Below, piece by piece: positions 61,700-64,000 of a stretch of DNA of 64,000 bases; positions within the stretch are counted from its first letter, which is position 1; each line of letters begins with the position of its first letter. The position numbers and the translations under genes were made by a program. Source of the stretch: an uncultured Clostridia bacterium. Lineage in GTDB: Bacteria > Bacillota > Clostridia > Christensenellales > UBA1242. Below the pieces are notes generated by a model. The model saw only the letters and a list, made by a program, of their open reading frames with translations. It was not told where the DNA came from and did no database searches. The stretch covers positions 135,653 to 199,652 of the forward strand of contig CAKVFI010000001.1 of NCBI GenBank assembly GCA_934746715.1. Reading direction: 5' to 3'.

Positions 61700-64000
61700 T
61701 TATGGCTCAACAACTTTTTCAACAAGTTTTAAAACCTTGTTTGTTGCGTCAAAACTGAAAACATATTCCTTGCCTTCTGCTTTGTCCACCAAAACATTTT
61801 GATTGTTTAAAATGTCAAGATTGATGTCGGTTAAAACTGTTTCGCTGTCAAACAAAACATATTCGTCGTTAATGGACATTTTTGTTAATGCGCCATCATG
61901 ATTGATATCTTTAACTTTTTTAATGTAAACCGGCTTTTCGTTTGAAGATGTGAAAGTTAAATTTTTTGAATTTTTTGAAATTGCAAACACTTCGCTTGAA
62001 TAACCCAAATTGTACATCCAAAAATCAAAACTTGAAACTTGTGCGCCAACCAAATACAAAATTGCGTAATCTGTTTTGCAATCTTTAGGCAAATCGTAAT
62101 TGCCAACAATGTTCATCAATCCAAAAGTTGCTGTTTTAGATTCTATAATCGCACTATCTTGCACGCAACCAATGCCATTGATGTTAAACGTGCCATTTAC
62201 AACAAAATTTTTGTTTTGCGCGTCGTAGCCGTAATTTGTTGCATAGGTTTTGTTGCTGTCAGTTAATCCAACTATCAAGCCAAACACTTTGCGAGGAGTG
62301 AGCCTCGATTCATTTTCGCCTGATTGTTTGATTGTGTAATAAGAACTTAAATCTAAAATGAAGTTGTCGACCAAAGATTTTGTTAAACTTAAATTGCTGA
62401 AGTTTTTAAATTTAACATCAAAGGTTGAACTTGCCATTTTGATTAAATCGTCTTCAGTTAGCCTTATTGCACCACTGCCACCATAATATGACCTATTTGC
62501 AAATGTTGTTGTGTTGTAATCTGCACCAACAATTCCGCCAACAAAGTAACCAGAAAGTTTGCCATCAACTGTGATATTTGAAATGTAACCATTTAAATTT
62601 CTGCCAACAGCACCGGCAACAATTGATTGATTTGTTTTGGCAATTTCCATGTAAATCGAGGCATTTTCAATCAAACCATTAAAGTTAAAGCCAACCAAAC
62701 CAGCTGACACATTTGTTGAATTGTTGAACAAAGTGCTTGAATTTAATTTAACCTTTGCATTGCTGATTATACCGCGGTTTTCACCAACCAAACCTGCAGA
62801 ATATTGATACCCTGCAAAGTTGCCGCCAGTGATGAGCGCACTTACATCAACAAGTTTGGTGTTTTTGCCAACAAGACCAACAGTTGCACCAACAGTTTCG
62901 CCTGCCATAATCAAGTTTCCGTCAACTGACAAATGCCTTACAAATTGCAAGTCTTTGTCCAAATCAACATCAATATTTGTTTTGCTTTGATTTGTTATGC
63001 CATCAACAATGCCAAACACTCCGCCTGCATAATAAACTGAACTTAAATTGCTTGAAACAAAACCATTGTTTTGATAATTTGCCATAAACACACTATAACT
63101 ATTGTCTTGTTGAGAACGGCTTGAATATGCACCAACATTTGAACTGATGCCGTCAATGTCATATCTGCCACGCACAAAGCCCACTGCTCCGCCAACTGCA
63201 TTGCCACCAACAATGGTTAAATCTTGTGCTTCTACTTGAATATTGTAAAGATTGTAGTTTTCACTAATGCCTGCAAGTGAACCAACTGCTTGTGTGCGAG
63301 TTGCGTTTACGCTTGTTGGAAGCAAGTGAATGTTTCTAACACTGCTTTCAACCGACAAATTGTTAACTGAATTGAGTGAACCAAACAAACCAATATTTGA
63401 AAGATTTTGAGATGAGTAAACTTTAAAGTTTTTGATATCCATATTGTTACCCTGCAAGTTGCCATTAAATACACAACTGCTGGTTGATGGATTTTCGTAA
63501 ACAGAAGCAAAATCAATATCATTAATCATGCGGAAGTAATACTTTGTGTTGCCGTAATATGAATTTGCTGGGTCTGATTGCCCCAAATAATAATCCCAAG
63601 TTGCAAGATTGTAAATCAAAATTGGGTTTTGTTTGTCGCCAAAATTGTTTGCAACAACATTATATTTATATTCACGGCTTACAACAACCCCCAAATCATT
63701 TTTAACTTCAACAATTTTAAGTTGCAAGTTTTTAAGTCCGTAATAAGTTTGTGGATATTGCTTGTTTTCATCCCCTGCTGGCAAAGCAGAACCTGTAAAC
63801 TCAACCTTTTCTTGTGTTGCAACAAGTTTTGGAAGCCCAACTGATGTTTTTGTCCACACTGCGCTGGTGTTGTTGCCAAACATAAATGTTGGATAACTTT
63901 CCTTGTAAGTGCGGTTTAAAACTGAAATTGTTGTTAAACCTGCAACATTGTTTTTGTAACCTGCCACGTCTTGTTTGATTTCGTAGCAGTTTTCAATGCC
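61700..64000 (-). CDS. Large surface protein with multiple GLUG-type repeats, N-terminus beyond the window
   Basis: The frame is open to nt 64000. Repeated G-x-x-G motifs: IGLFGSL, VGSLAGI, VGGAVGFV, AGGVFGIV, SAGLVGEN, SAGLVGFN, VAGAVGRN, VGGIVGAD. Confidence 0.65.
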   Translation of the reverse strand, partial: GIENCYEIKQDVAGYKNNVAGLTTISVLNRTYKESYPTFMFGNNTSAVWTKTSVGLPKLVATQEKVEFTGSALPAGDENKQYPQTYYGLKNLQLKIVEVKNDLGVVVSREYKYNVVANNFGDKQNPILIYNLATWDYYLGQSDPANSYYGNTKYYFRMINDIDFASVYENPSTSSCVFNGNLQGNNMDIKNFKVYSSQNLSNIGLFGSLNSVNNLSVESSVRNIHLLPTSVNATRTQAVGSLAGISENYNLYNIQVEAQDLTIVGGNAVGGAVGFVRGRYDIDGISSNVGAYSSRSQQDNSYSVFMANYQNNGFVSSNLSSVYYAGGVFGIVDGITNQSKTNIDVDLDKDLQFVRHLSVDGNLIMAGETVGATVGLVGKNTKLVDVSALITGGNFAGYQYSAGLVGENRGIISNAKVKLNSSTLFNNSTNVSAGLVGFNFNGLIENASIYMEIAKTNQSIVAGAVGRNLNGYISNITVDGKLSGYFVGGIVGADYNTTTFANRSYYGGSGAIRLTEDDLIKMASSTFDVKFKNFSNLSLTKSLVDNFILDLSSYYTIKQSGENESRLTPRKVFGLIVGLTDSNKTYATNYGYDAQNKNFVVNGTFNINGIGCVQDSAIIESKTATFGLMNIVGNYDLPKDCKTDYAILYLVGAQVSSFDFWMYNLGYSSEVFAISKNSKNLTFTSSNEKPVYIKKVKDINHDGALTKMSINDEYVLFDSETVLTDINLDILNNQNVLVDKAEGKEYVFSFDATNKVLKLVEKVVEP

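Noticed and set aside
1-64000. Alternative genetic code (TGA as Trp, as in Mollicutes-like AT-rich genomes).
   Set aside because: Conserved genes such as secA, the PFOR gene, addAB and dnaX are full length with TGG tryptophans, and TGA is used as a genuine stop (for example at the addB/addA ATGA junction).

Overview
This window is an AT-rich chromosomal segment from a Bacillota-type genome. It uses the standard genetic code, has mostly Shine-Dalgarno-led genes and many A-run/hairpin/T-run bidirectional terminators. The backbone is housekeeping. It includes secA; the mrnC-rlmB-sigH block joined to dnaX-ybaB-recR; folD; galE; addAB; and a split asd/dapA/dapB/aspartokinase cluster. It also includes ndk; rplU-prp-rpmA preceded by an M50 (SpoIVFB-like) protease; minD-minE; an MreB-like protein; pyruvate:ferredoxin oxidoreductase; truA; alr; and queH. 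RNA genes are tRNA-Ser(GCU), tRNA-Asn(GUU) and a large Bacillus-type SRP RNA. Envelope loci are an acyltransferase-GT8-GT8-acyltransferase cassette, a processive GT2 plus an LtaS-family enzyme, a lipoprotein, and a GLUG-repeat surface protein cut by the right edge. I found no recognisable defence or CRISPR system. The observations most worth follow-up are listed here.

1. A GC-rich, hairpin-dense ~370-nt segment beside tRNA-Asn. It carries a perfect 20-nt copy of the tRNA 3-prime end and is bracketed by a 21-nt direct repeat.
2. A recurrent promoter-6nt-ATG arrangement without a Shine-Dalgarno sequence at six or more genes, suggesting leaderless mRNAs.
3. A 930-aa membrane-anchored coiled-coil protein ending in about ten AT-hook (GRP) motifs.
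4. A protein combining an Rx4H (HEPN-like) N-terminal domain with a CBS pair.
5. Two near-perfect tandem repeat arrays (81 bp x3.4 and 44 bp x3.5), each copying the end of a gene.
6. A compositionally foreign M64-peptidase gene next to tRNA-Ser, with a frameshifted serine-recombinase remnant nearby.

All functional calls come from motif recognition by eye. No database search or structure computation was run.
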